From NCBI GenBank assembly GCA_950097015.1, contig CATNEN010000007.1:10416001-10480000 (forward strand): a DNA stretch of 64,000 nt, in the 5' to 3' direction. The stretch comes from Macrostomum hystrix (lineage: Eukaryota; Animalia; Platyhelminthes). Shown here in pieces: positions 24,301 to 34,000 of this stretch (position 1 is its first letter; every line of letters begins with the position of its first letter). The position numbers and the translations under genes are program-made. The notes below the pieces were generated by a model. That model saw nothing but the letters and a program-made list of their open reading frames with translations, did not search any database and was not told the origin of the DNA.

Positions 24301-26638
24301 TGATGTGCGTTTTGCTTTTTGACATATTTGAATATTGAATATTCTATGATATTAAGACCATGACGTCGTAACATTTAAGGTCAAAGTTTCTAACAAAAAC
24401 ACTCAAAGTTGACGGTATTTGGTCTATCCTCGCCGCAGGTCACCAACCAGTCGGCTTTCAACTTTGTTGCGCCCGGCCAGCAGGCGCCCGCCGTCGAGGA
24501 TTCCTCGGGCCCGTCCTGCGAGGTTGAGCTGCGGATCCGCCTGGACCGGCGCATGCTGGTGGCCGCCGAACCGTCCGGCACTGGCGGCGGCGACCTCGGC
24601 GATCCCGGATACTTGCTGAAGTTCCACCCGGATCTCAAGGACACGGTTTACGTTGGTGTGCGCAACCTGCGGGCCAAGTCCACCCTGACTGTGCGCTTTC
24701 CCATGCTGCTGGAGGACAAGGCGGAGCTGTTCGACCACGTGCTCTGCCAGGTTGAGCTGTACATGGTGAGTGAGGATGTTAGCTGGACAGTTCTCCCCCA
24801 ATTAACACGAGGCACAATATCCCTATTATCCCAATGTGCTCGCAGCACGGCAAGCTAGTGGAGTACTGCTCCAGCACGGTGCGTGTGGCTCCCTACTTCG
24901 TTGTCCGAGACCCGCCTGGAGACGCCCTGTTCGTCACCGGCCGCGGCACCACCCGCACCAGCTTCCTGCAGTGGCAGTGCCTCCTTGAGACCCTCCACCT
25001 GGATGTGGACTTCTGGGACACGGAGCGCTACGAGGGGTTCAGCTTCTTCCGCGACACCGGCCTGCGACACGAGGTGACCTGGGTTGACCGCTACGGCGAC
25101 CGCCTGCTCATTGTGCCCGACTACCGGCCCGAGCTGGTCTGCGGCCTCGACCTGGCCCGCCACTTCACACTGGCCGCCCGCCTCGGCGACTCGGCCGCCC
25201 TCCTCATCGCCGGAGACCGCGCCCCGCTGGCCCGCCTGGTGGCTTCCCTGGCTGCCGAGCCCGCCAGGCCGCGGCTGCCGTACGGCTCCTCCCGTCGGCT
25301 GCTGCACCCCCTCAGCTGCGTCGGCGCCGACCGTGAGGACGCCGTCCGCGACAAGCGAATCCGACGCATCCTGCGCGACCTCAACGACCGGCCCGTCTCC
25401 GCCCCGGCCGCCGCTTCCTCCACCACCGCGTCCGGCTCCGCGGTGTCGGCCGCTGCGGTTCTGTACCGTCGGCAGGACGCCGAAATCCGTCGTGTCGGCT
25501 GCTGCCGCTGGAGCTACGGCGAGGCCGAGTTCCGCCGGCTCGGCCTGCCCCGCGAGGCTCGCCTGGCCTACCTGGAGCTGCCGGACGGCGAGCCGCTCGA
25601 GTGCTGTCCGGCCGCCGCCTCGGTGCCCCTTGCCTCGCCCTGGGCTCAGGTATGAGAAACTGTGCAATCTGCGCCCACCTGTGTGCTTAGGGAAGTCAGC
25701 GACATGTGCCATGGCTTCCCGCCTTGTCTCAAGTGCAGTCTGTGAACAGCCGCTCCCTCCCCCTGACCTCCAGCTCTACCTGATCTGCCTGTCACTGCTG
25801 CCTAGCGGCTCCAGGCGCAAGCTCTACAACCTCAGGCCGCGAAGGACTCCGGCTGCTGATTCGGCAGACGTGGCTGGCGGCTGCGCTGGTGAGACTCGCA
25901 ACGGCACCGACGGTGACGATGGCGGCGTTTTGTTTGCGCTGCCCTGGGGCGAGACTCTGGAGCTGCCGCTGCTGGCCGCCATGTCCGTGCAAGCCTACCT
26001 CAGCGACGAGATCGGCGACTCGATGCGGGTCAGTGCGGCCTGTCTGTACCAGTCTGTCTGTACCAGTCTGTCTGTACCAGTCTGTCTGTACCAGCCTGTC
26101 TGTACCAGTCTTACTATTAAAGTTTATTTATCCAGCCTGGCTGTTTTGGCCAGTTCCTATGCCAGGTAGCAGCACTGGCTGCCAGCCGTGTCTGTCAGTG
26201 CAGCTGGTGCCTCCTGTGAAACCCGCGCTCAGACTGTTTTTAACTGATTCGGGTACAACAGATGGCCTAGCCCGCACTCGGGCAATCAATCGTTGGGTGA
26301 TCTTTGCCAAACTTTCCCGCCGAGCCTGGCAGGTCCGGGGTGCACTTTTGTCACCTTAAGAAACACCTCGTGTCACTGTCCTGTCACTCTTTCCCTGGCG
26401 TCGTGCTGGCATTCAGCCGCAATTCTAGTTGGCCTTGGTCTGCAAAATTTCGCCAGCCTTTTTTCTCGAATTTCTGCTGCAGTTAATAAAATAGCTGGCA
26501 GCAGTATCTCAGCCCACTGCCCGCCACCTCCTGGTGAATCAGCAGCCGTTGATTCACCAGGGCGCCCTCCGCATCCAAATTTGGACTCGATTGCAGCCAG
26601 TTGGAATGGGCAAATCAGCAAATTGGCGCAATAAGCGC

Positions 26639-26669
<31 letters not shown>

Positions 26670-26682
26670 ACTGCTGCTGCTG

Positions 26683-26723
<41 letters not shown>

Positions 26724-26762
26724 ACTGCTGCTACTGCTACTGCTGCTACTGCTGCTGCTGCT

Positions 26763-26802
<40 letters not shown>

Positions 26803-26803
26803 C

Positions 26804-26834
<31 letters not shown>

Positions 26835-26944
26835 ACTGCTGGTGCTGGTGCTGCTGCTGCTGCTACTGCTGCTACTGCTGGTGCTGGTGCTGCTGCTGCT
26901 GCTACTGCTGCTGCTGCTGCTGCTACTGCTGCTACTGCTGCTAC

Positions 26945-26975
<31 letters not shown>

Positions 26976-27132
26976 ACTGCTGGTGCTGGTGCTGCTGCTG
27001 CTACTGCTGCTGCTGCTACTGCTGCTGCTACTGCTGCTACTACTGGTGCTGGTGCTGCTGCTGCTACTGCTGCTGCTGCTACTGCTGCTGCTACTGCTGC
27101 TGCTACTGCTGCTGCTGCTGGTGCTGCTGCTG

Positions 27133-27221
<89 letters not shown>

Positions 27222-28610
27222 ACTGCTACTGCCACAGTTTTCCCAAACTTCCCTGGGCTCTTCCCTGCTCTGGGCAGCTCTGGGCCGGCACTGGGCAGAT
27301 ACTGTCTTACTGCCATGGACTACGCCCGTTCCCTCCCCGCCATCTCCCCTTCGCTTGTTCCTGGGTTTCCATATTTAAGTCGACTGACCTGCTGTCCTGT
27401 GGGATACTGTTATAATTGCAGTCACAGTTTCTCCACTGGCGGTGGGATACGATCGGGGGGATTAATTTCCCTGTCCCTTAAAAATGTTTTCTTCAGTACC
27501 CGTTCGCCGGCCTACCATGGGCATTAGTTTCCTAGCTTTAGGTTTCGATGGGCGAATCGTTCTATCTGTTTTGCAATGAATCGGCTTCTAAATTGCCTTG
27601 ACTGCATTTATGACTGATTTTTGCACTTCAAGTGGTCCTGTGAGACCCACTGTCAGTTCAACCCATGCTTTATGCAGGGGCCTCGAAATATCTTTTGATG
27701 GGTCCAATCAGTTCTTCTGGTATTTGAAAAAGCTGTATGTGGGTTGCAGTGCGACTGCAGTCTGTGGGTTGCAGTGTGACTGCAGTCTGTGGGTTGCAGT
27801 GTGACTGCAGTCTGTGGGTTGCAGTGTGACTGCAGTCTGTGGGTTGCAGTGTGACTGCAGTCTGTGGGTTGCAGTGTGACTGCAGTCTGTGGGCTGCAGT
27901 GTGACTACAGTCTGTCTAACATTGGCCTAACATTCGAAATGCCTACCCGGCATTCCAGGACTGTCCGAAGCTGAAGTCGCTGTGCTCAGACGTGGCCAGC
28001 CACCCGGCCAGCTACATTCGCAGCCCGGCGGTGTCGCTGAGGATTCTATTCTACCTGCGCGACTACCGCAGGCAGGCGATGCGATTCGCGCCCAAGTCAA
28101 TTCGGCCAACTGTCCGGCGAGTGGTGGCTGAGGCGCTACTGGCCATGAGGAAGGAGATGGTAAGCCGTCTCTCGCCTTCACCGTCTCCCGTCTCCATCTC
28201 TCGCCTTCCACGTCTGTCGCCTTCCCGGTTTCTCGGCTTCCCGGTTTCTCGCCTTCCCCGTCTGTCGCCTTCCCCGTCTCTCGCCTTCCACGTCTGTCGC
28301 CTTCCCCGTCTGTCGCCTACCTCCCGTATCTCGTCTTCTAACGTAATTGTTAACCCCCATCCACTCCCTGCCTGCCTGCCCGCCCCTAATTCAGGGCAGT
28401 CGCGAGTTCCGTCGCCGCGGCCACCGCAGCCGTCAGGAGCTGGCCTCGCCGGCCGCGCTGCACTTCGCCGACCTGTTGGACGCCAGCGGCGTCGCCCGGC
28501 CGGCCCGGCCTCGGCCGGACAGCGAGCTGGCCAGGCTGAGCGACCTGCTGCAGGAGCCAGACTACCAGCTGCTGGACCTCATGGCCCACCTGGCCAGCCA
28601 GCCATTCTAG
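5953..28610 (+). CDS. Uncharacterised ~1495-aa protein: PH-like, PPxY, WW-like, collagen/PGRS-like Gly-rich and probable DUF7932-like regions. Exons 5953-6354, 6469-6765, 9693-9893, 11285-11722, 15070-15178, 17628-17980, 22204-22839, 23981-24124, 24200-24304, 24439-24765, 24846-25649, 25774-26028, 27959-28159, 28395-28610
   Basis: 14 GT-AG-bounded exons join into one open frame (4488 nt, TAG at 28610). PH-like signature RRTWKK...RFRAVSVHQMYRWMLVLRRL; PPPSY; LPE...FVDHVNKTVFYEDPR; GGxGGxGG tracts; RYDVVVEHYDV...VVVTNVRLRNRGGMALP and ALFVTG...FLQWQCLLETLHLDVDFWD resemble recalled fungal DUF7932 proteins. Joining exons 1-4 to the rest is inferred from phase only. Confidence 0.75.
7300..9585. repeat. 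28-bp G-rich minisatellite (GGAGGCAGCTGTACTAGGGGAGATGG[A/T]T), ~2.3 kb
   Basis: Direct 28-bp periodicity with occasional 13-bp sub-duplications; in intron 2 of the + gene. Confidence 0.97.
10670..11238. repeat. Composite minisatellite: 30-bp units (to ~10965) then 25-bp units, sharing ATGAGCACACAGT
   Basis: Direct periodicity; ends ~46 bp before the acceptor at 11284. Confidence 0.95.
11830..13255. repeat. 28/29-bp minisatellite (CTCACCATTCTCAAGGTCAGGTGAGAAT) with a 480-bp higher-order duplication
   Basis: 11941-12420 is repeated at 12421-12900. Confidence 0.96.
14356..15012. repeat. 24-bp minisatellite (GACCATTGAGAATACGTAGGTTAT and variants)
   Basis: Direct periodicity, with variant units grouped in blocks. 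Confidence 0.96.
15225..15545. repeat. 24-bp minisatellite (TGAAATGATTCTCCCCCGGTGCAT)
   Basis: Direct periodicity; begins ~46 bp after the donor at 15179. Confidence 0.96.
17170..17535. repeat. Degenerate ~19-20-bp minisatellite (GGGATAATTTGCCA core)
   Basis: Recurrent GGGATAATT motif, partly as 39-bp dimers. Confidence 0.88.
19773..21461 (+). CDS. Q/H/S/G-rich low-complexity 562-aa ORF inside intron 6 of the host gene (nested gene or alternative exon)
   Basis: 1.98-kb open frame (19482-21461) with exon-like GC-rich codons. ATG at 19773 (MATKLHPQ), acceptor TTTTCTGTTTGGCCGCCAG ending at 19707, AT-rich 3' region with AATAAA at 21884 and 21890. Confidence 0.7.
21990..22192 (-). mobile_element. 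5'-truncated SINE copy with an (ATT)n-like tail
   Basis: The reverse complement aligns by eye with 58505-58672 (shared AAGGCACAGTGAAAGTGTACACTGCCTGACGAT, TGTGCTCAGGAGTCAGCG and TTAGGGCGCAGCCGCG). Confidence 0.8.
22880..23012. repeat. Degenerate G-rich repeat (GGGTCAGAGGGTG)
   Basis: Recurrent GGGTCA motif just after the donor at 22840. Confidence 0.75.
23605..23930. repeat. 31/32-bp minisatellite (TTCTGACACCCTGACATTCCAAATCTAGCAAC)
   Basis: Direct periodicity, ~10 copies. Confidence 0.95.
26040..26110. repeat. 14-bp minisatellite (TGTCTGTACCAGTC)
   Basis: Five copies starting ~11 bp after the donor at 26029. Confidence 0.9.
26637..27232. repeat. Interrupted (CTG)n trinucleotide tract, ~200 triplets
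   Basis: CTG runs interrupted by CTA and GTG triplets; in intron 12. Confidence 0.97.
27738..27915. repeat. 25-bp minisatellite (GTGGGTTGCAGTGTGACTGCAGTCT)
   Basis: About 7 copies, ending ~43 bp before the acceptor at 27958. Confidence 0.95.
28165..28325. repeat. Degenerate 16-bp repeat (TCGCCTTCCCCGTCTG)
   Basis: Recurrent TCGCCTTC motif directly after the donor at 28160. Confidence 0.85.
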
Positions 28611-29039
28611 CTTTGCAGCCCTCAATACTGCCAGTCAAGCGCTGCCAGCGCATGCTAGTCCAGCCTCGAGACTCGCTGCCATGTCATTTTTTGCTTATGT
28701 TTTCGTTTGACATGAAAATTCGCGCACAAGATTTTGCATTGAAATGCTCCATCGGCACTCATCTGCCTTGCTAAACCACGCATCAGTTGTGGCCTATTCG
28801 ATGCCCCCTGCACTGCTCTCCGTGTCTCGCATGGAGAATGTTCTAGACTGCCTGCATTTAGCTCTCTGCGAACTGCCCGCCTGCGCTCTGATCTCTCCGC
28901 GGCTCGCTCCCTCAGCTGTCACGCGTTGCTTTTGCAACTTTTCACAGACTGCTGCTGCTGCTGCTGCTGCTGCCTTCAGCGTACAATCTTGCAAGCAGCG
29001 CTTTACTCTAGACTCATTATCAGCTGAACAGGCTTCTTC

Positions 29040-29361
29040 CTTCGCCCCTCTCCCCTCTCCCTTCTCCTATCTCCCTTCTCCCATCTACCTTTACCTTCTC
29101 CCTTCTCCCTTTCCCTTCTCCTATCTCCCTTCTCCCTTTTCCCTTCTCCCCTCTCTCTTCTCCCTCTCCACTTCTCATCTCTCCCCAGTCCAGATGCCAT
29201 CTCTCCCCAGTCCAGATGCCATCTCTCCCCAGTCCAGATGCCATCTCTCCCCAGTCCAGATGCCATCTCTCCCCAATCCAGATGCCATCTCTCCCCAGTC
29301 CAGATGCCATCTCTCCCCAGTCCATATGCCATCTCTCCCCAGTCCAGATGCCATCTCTCCC
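29040..29361. repeat. Polypyrimidine tract followed by a 22-bp minisatellite (CATCTCTCCCCAGTCCAGATGC, 29176-29361)
   Basis: Direct periodicity. Confidence 0.92.
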
Positions 29362-30111
29362 AGCCCTCTACGAGCGCACAGTGGCAGCTGTTCATTCGAA
29401 AGTGCTCCGCAGCAGCCCTGCGGCCTTGTTTTGGCACTGCGGCACAGCACGCCAACTTTTCAAGCGCGCACAATGGAGAGCCCGCTCTAGTCACGTGACT
29501 TTTACTGTTTTACTCGCCCTGTCATGCCTGCACTGCCTCATCTACGGTTTTGTTCATGATCGTTTTTTCTGATCCCACATTGTATCCCCTGCCTCTCTAG
29601 TCTCTGATGCCAGAGCTGCCTTGTGATAAAGTGTTCCGAGCCTCATCTCAACTCGCGCCCTGAGCAAATATACTCGCGCCAGAGCCGGGTGATCTATCTA
29701 GTCAGCTGTCTAAGCACACCTGGCTCTGCGGGCCAGTGAGTCGTCGCCGCCGTTCAAATTCGCAGAGCTGCTGACGAATCTCTCTTGGCTTTGTTAGTGT
29801 TGGGTTTGGGAACTCAGGCCCCGCTCAAGCCTACACGCAAACGGGGACTTAATTGGACAATGAGGCTTCTGTGCTGCCTGCTTGCGTGACTTTGACATGG
29901 GCACCGTAAGAACAGTGCTGAATAATTCAACCGCTGCTCATTGGAGGCTGCTTGCCCAAACTGTCCGCCTCAGGCGACTCAAGCACTGTAGGGGAATGCA
30001 GAAAATTAAGAATGAGCACTAATTAGCTCAGCCTGGACTGCTGTGCTCAAACTGAGCCTGAATTTTATGGTAACCCAGATTTAATACTGCACTGTACTTG
30101 AATAATGGCCG

Positions 30112-30237
30112 CCTTCACTGCCCAGCATGAGATTTTTCTGCTCCCTTCACTGCCCAGCATGAGATTTTTCTGCTCCCTTCACTGCCCAGCATGAGATTTC
30201 AGAATAATCTCCCTTCACTGCCCAGCATGAGATTTCA
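30112..30237. repeat. ~32-bp repeat, 4 copies (CCTTCACTGCCCAGCATGAGATTT...)
   Basis: Direct repeats. Confidence 0.9.
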
Positions 30238-30609
30238 GTGAGATTTCTACCTACACTATAGCGGTCTGTGAGCTGCACCAAAGTCAGTTAGAAGATATTC
30301 CAGTTTGGGTACAAGTCTAGTTAATGAGCGCACAGAATGTACTTCTGCATTATCTGCATTTATATTTATCACAAACAGTGTCTGTAAAAACAAAAGCGGG
30401 TCCTCAGTGGAATACAAATTGCTGCAGTTCGCGCATGAGAATGTGGGCCGCGGGTTGCTGTCGCTTTGACAGACGGAAAATAGCAGAGAACTTTGCCGCT
30501 TCATGCACTACTCAGTAAAGCGGCGACTTGTGAAAATATTATCGATAGCGGGGTCGTTGCTGGAGACTTCCAGACTGACCTTCAATTTTCCAGCAACGAC
30601 CCGATGAAA

Positions 30610-30930
30610 TGTGGACACCTGATCTAACTGGTGGACACCCGATCTAACAAATGGGCATCCGATCTAACAAATGGACACCCGATCTAACTGGTGGACACCT
30701 GATCTAACAAGTGGACACCTGATCTAACAAGTGGACACCCGATCTAACTGGTGGACACCTGATCTAACAAGTGGACACCCGATCTATCTAACTGGTGGAC
30801 ACCTGATCTAACAAGTGGACACCCGATCTAACTGGTGGACACCTCATCTAATAGGTAGACACCTGATCTAACTGGTGGACAGCCGATCTAACAAATGGAC
30901 ACCCGATCTAACGAATGGACGCCCAATCTA
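30610..30930. repeat. 20-bp minisatellite (GATCTAACTGGTGGACACCT and variants)
   Basis: Direct periodicity. Confidence 0.93.
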
Positions 30931-31071
30931 ATTAATATTTAACCAGTATTTAACAGGTGTGCATCCAGGTTAATAGTTATAAGCATCCTAGATTTAAATA
31001 CGAAAAAGCCATCACAGATGCTCCACAAGAGTGCCCTGCCATTCAGCGCTGACAGGATCCCCTCATCGCTG

Positions 31072-34000
31072 TCACTTCTTCTCCTCCGGGTGCAGCAGTC
31101 GGTGCCAGCGGCTGATCAGCTCGCCGCGGGCCTCCAGCATCTCGTGCCAGTGCGTCGACTCCTCCTCGCCACTGCTGTTGCGGCCTGCCAGGTTGGAGGG
31201 GGTGGCGAAGGTTTCGACTGTTGGCGTTGTCTCGCTTAAGCCCATAATCAGCCACTGCATACTACTGTTGAAAATCAGTAGTACTTGCGCACTCACCGAT
31301 GGCGAACCAACCGATCATCTCGCGCCGATTAATGGACTTTTTGGCATAGATCGACAGCACAATCGTGACGTCGGTGAGCTGAAACCGGTTCACCGGGAAC
31401 ATGAAGTTCTCCTTCCAGGTGGGGTTGGGCGTGGCGTTGGCGAATGGGGTCTTGGACTTAAACAGAATCTGCGAGGTCGAGGCCATCAGGGCGAGCTTCA
31501 CGGATGTCTCTGGGGAAGGAGAGCCATTTTTTATGTTTTTAGCAACTCAGCTACAACCCTGTGACAACTCAGACACAATTCCAGTCTTGAAACTAGATTA
31601 GCCTAAAAGTGCATAAACATAGATTGAATGCCGGGTTTTCACCTGGCACCCGCGCGCTGCCGGGCATTCGGAAGCCGCTGCCTTTCATGACCTCCACAGC
31701 CAGCTGGCCAGTCTTGGCGTTGTAGCCCAGGCCCAGGAACAGCTCGGCCGAGCCCAGCACCGAGAGACAGCTGCCGGCCTGCGTGCTGGAGGCCTCCGAG
31801 AAGCCGGTGTCTGAGCCCTGCGGTTGGCGAGGAGGGACAGTGTACTTTTTGGATTTGTACTTTTTGGCGTGTACTTTTAGAGTGTGTACTCTATAGTTTG
31901 TAATTTTAGAATTGCTTAATTTCGGGTGTGTCCTATTTGTTAAGTATGTGTACCATTTATCGAATTCACTTTTTGAGCATCACGGAGGTCTCCGAGGAAT
32001 GAGAGCCACTATGATATGTACTTTTATCGTGTGTACAATAGGGTATAATTTGGCTGCACTGCTAAGGTATTTACAAGTTTAAATAGTTCCTAGCTTACTG
32101 TTTACAAATTTCACAAGTGAGAAACTAGATTTTACTGATCTTGAGAAAGAAACTAACTGTGTTTTCAGCAAGCCAATGAATACAAAAAAGTTTTAAAAAA
32201 CTACTCAGAAGCTTTTTGCACTGAAGGCTTCTCAGTCAGCTGCATCTCCAAACTGACGCGACAGTCGATGGCCCACCTGGGAAGAGCTGGAGTCGCTGAT
32301 GTCAGCTGCCGCCTGCTTTGAGCTCATTTTCCTGCTGTCAGCTGAGAGTGAGGAATTCGCTGAGACCTGCTATCTGAGCAGTGGATGAGCAGTCCCCGAG
32401 TCGACTGGAAACTGTTTATCGGCTTCGCCCATTCCGATCGGTCGCTTGCCCGGCTTGCGAGCCAATCACGTGACCCCAGCATGCTCAAGCTTTGCACTTT
32501 TATTGCGGCAACAAATTCAGTTGCTCAAAGTTTGCGCTGGTGCAAATTGATGGCAGTGGAATGCAGCGGAGGAGCTGAGTCCGATTCCCTTAGAGACAGT
32601 TGTTGCTGGGGCATATTTCAGCGATGCATGGAATGCATGGAAAAGTGCACCGATCGGGCAGCTAAACGAGTTAGCGCTGCTGCTGCTGCTGCTGCTGTTG
32701 CTGCAAACCGTCGATTTGTCATGAGACAGAAATGCAGAATGCAATTCGATCTGCATGCAAAAGTTCGTGGCCCCAATTCCCCAGACATTCAGGTCCCGCA
32801 TTCGCCACTCCGCCATCGTCAGTGAGCGCTAAATGTTGATTGCCGCGATGCAGCAGCCGTTGCGTGAATTATCGGCCAATTATCCGCCCATTTCGCTTGT
32901 CAGTTTATTACCAAAACTGTACCAAAACTGTATCGGGATCTAGTTTACCCTCCATAGGGAATATTTTACGCTATAATTTGACACTCGCTTGTACTTTTTG
33001 TTTCCAAATCGAGCTGCTTGTACTTATTTTACTTGGCTCAGTCCCTGACACTGCAGGGTGCTCAGTCCCTGACACTACAGGGTGCTCAGTCCCTGACACT
33101 GCAGGGTGCTCAGTCCCTGACACTACAGGGTGCTCAGTCCCTGACACTGCAGGGTGCTCAGTCCCTGACACTGCAGGGTGCTCAGTCCCTGACACTACAG
33201 GGTGCTCAGTCCCTGACAACTGCAGGGTGCTCAGTCCCTGACAACTGCAGGGTGCTCAGTCCCTGACACTGCAGGGTGCTCAGTCCCTGACACTGCAGGG
33301 TGCTCAGTCCCTGACACTACAGGGTGCTCAGTCCCTGACAACTGCAGGGTGCTCAGTCCCTGACACTGCAGGGTGCTCAGTCCCTGACACTGCAGGGTGC
33401 TCAGTCCCTGACACTGCAGGGTGCTCAGTCCCTGACACTGCAGGGTGCTCAGTTCCTGACAACTGCAGGGTGCTCAGTCCCTGACAACTACAGGGTGCTC
33501 AGTCCCTGACAACTGCAGGGTGCTCAGTCCCTGACAACTGCAGGGTTCACTGTTCACATAGGCTAGTCACGAAAGTCGGAGCGCTCACCACGTGAGACCT
33601 CGGCCCGCTGCAGGGCATCAGCGGCAGCTGCAGGGTCTCGTCTTGCCCGGCCAACGCCGCTGGAGCGCCGGCAGCGCCAGCAGAGTCGCTCAGCGAGGCC
33701 AGCGCCAGAGTGCACTCGCCAAGCAGCAGCTTCCTGCGTTTCCTCTCGCAGCCGTAGGCGCGGAACCTCACAGCCAGGCGGGTCAGCTCGCCTGCGGAGG
33801 GCGGGAGGCTTGTAGTCATTGGAGTGTTCTGGGAGGTTGCTGATAGTCTGTGGAGGTTGCTGGTATTCTTAGGGGTCGTTAGTATTAAGCCATTAAAATC
33901 TAAATAGTCTACTGAATTTAGGCAAAGTAGTAGTAAGCGAAGAGCAAATAAGAGCAGAGCAGATTTGAACTCTGTGTAGTTAACAGAGTTCGGCCTCTAG

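Noticed and set aside
26534-27527. Poly-Cys, poly-Ala (antifreeze-like) and poly-Leu ORFs
   Set aside because: Frames are open because of the CTG tract; the flanking exons join in frame without it.
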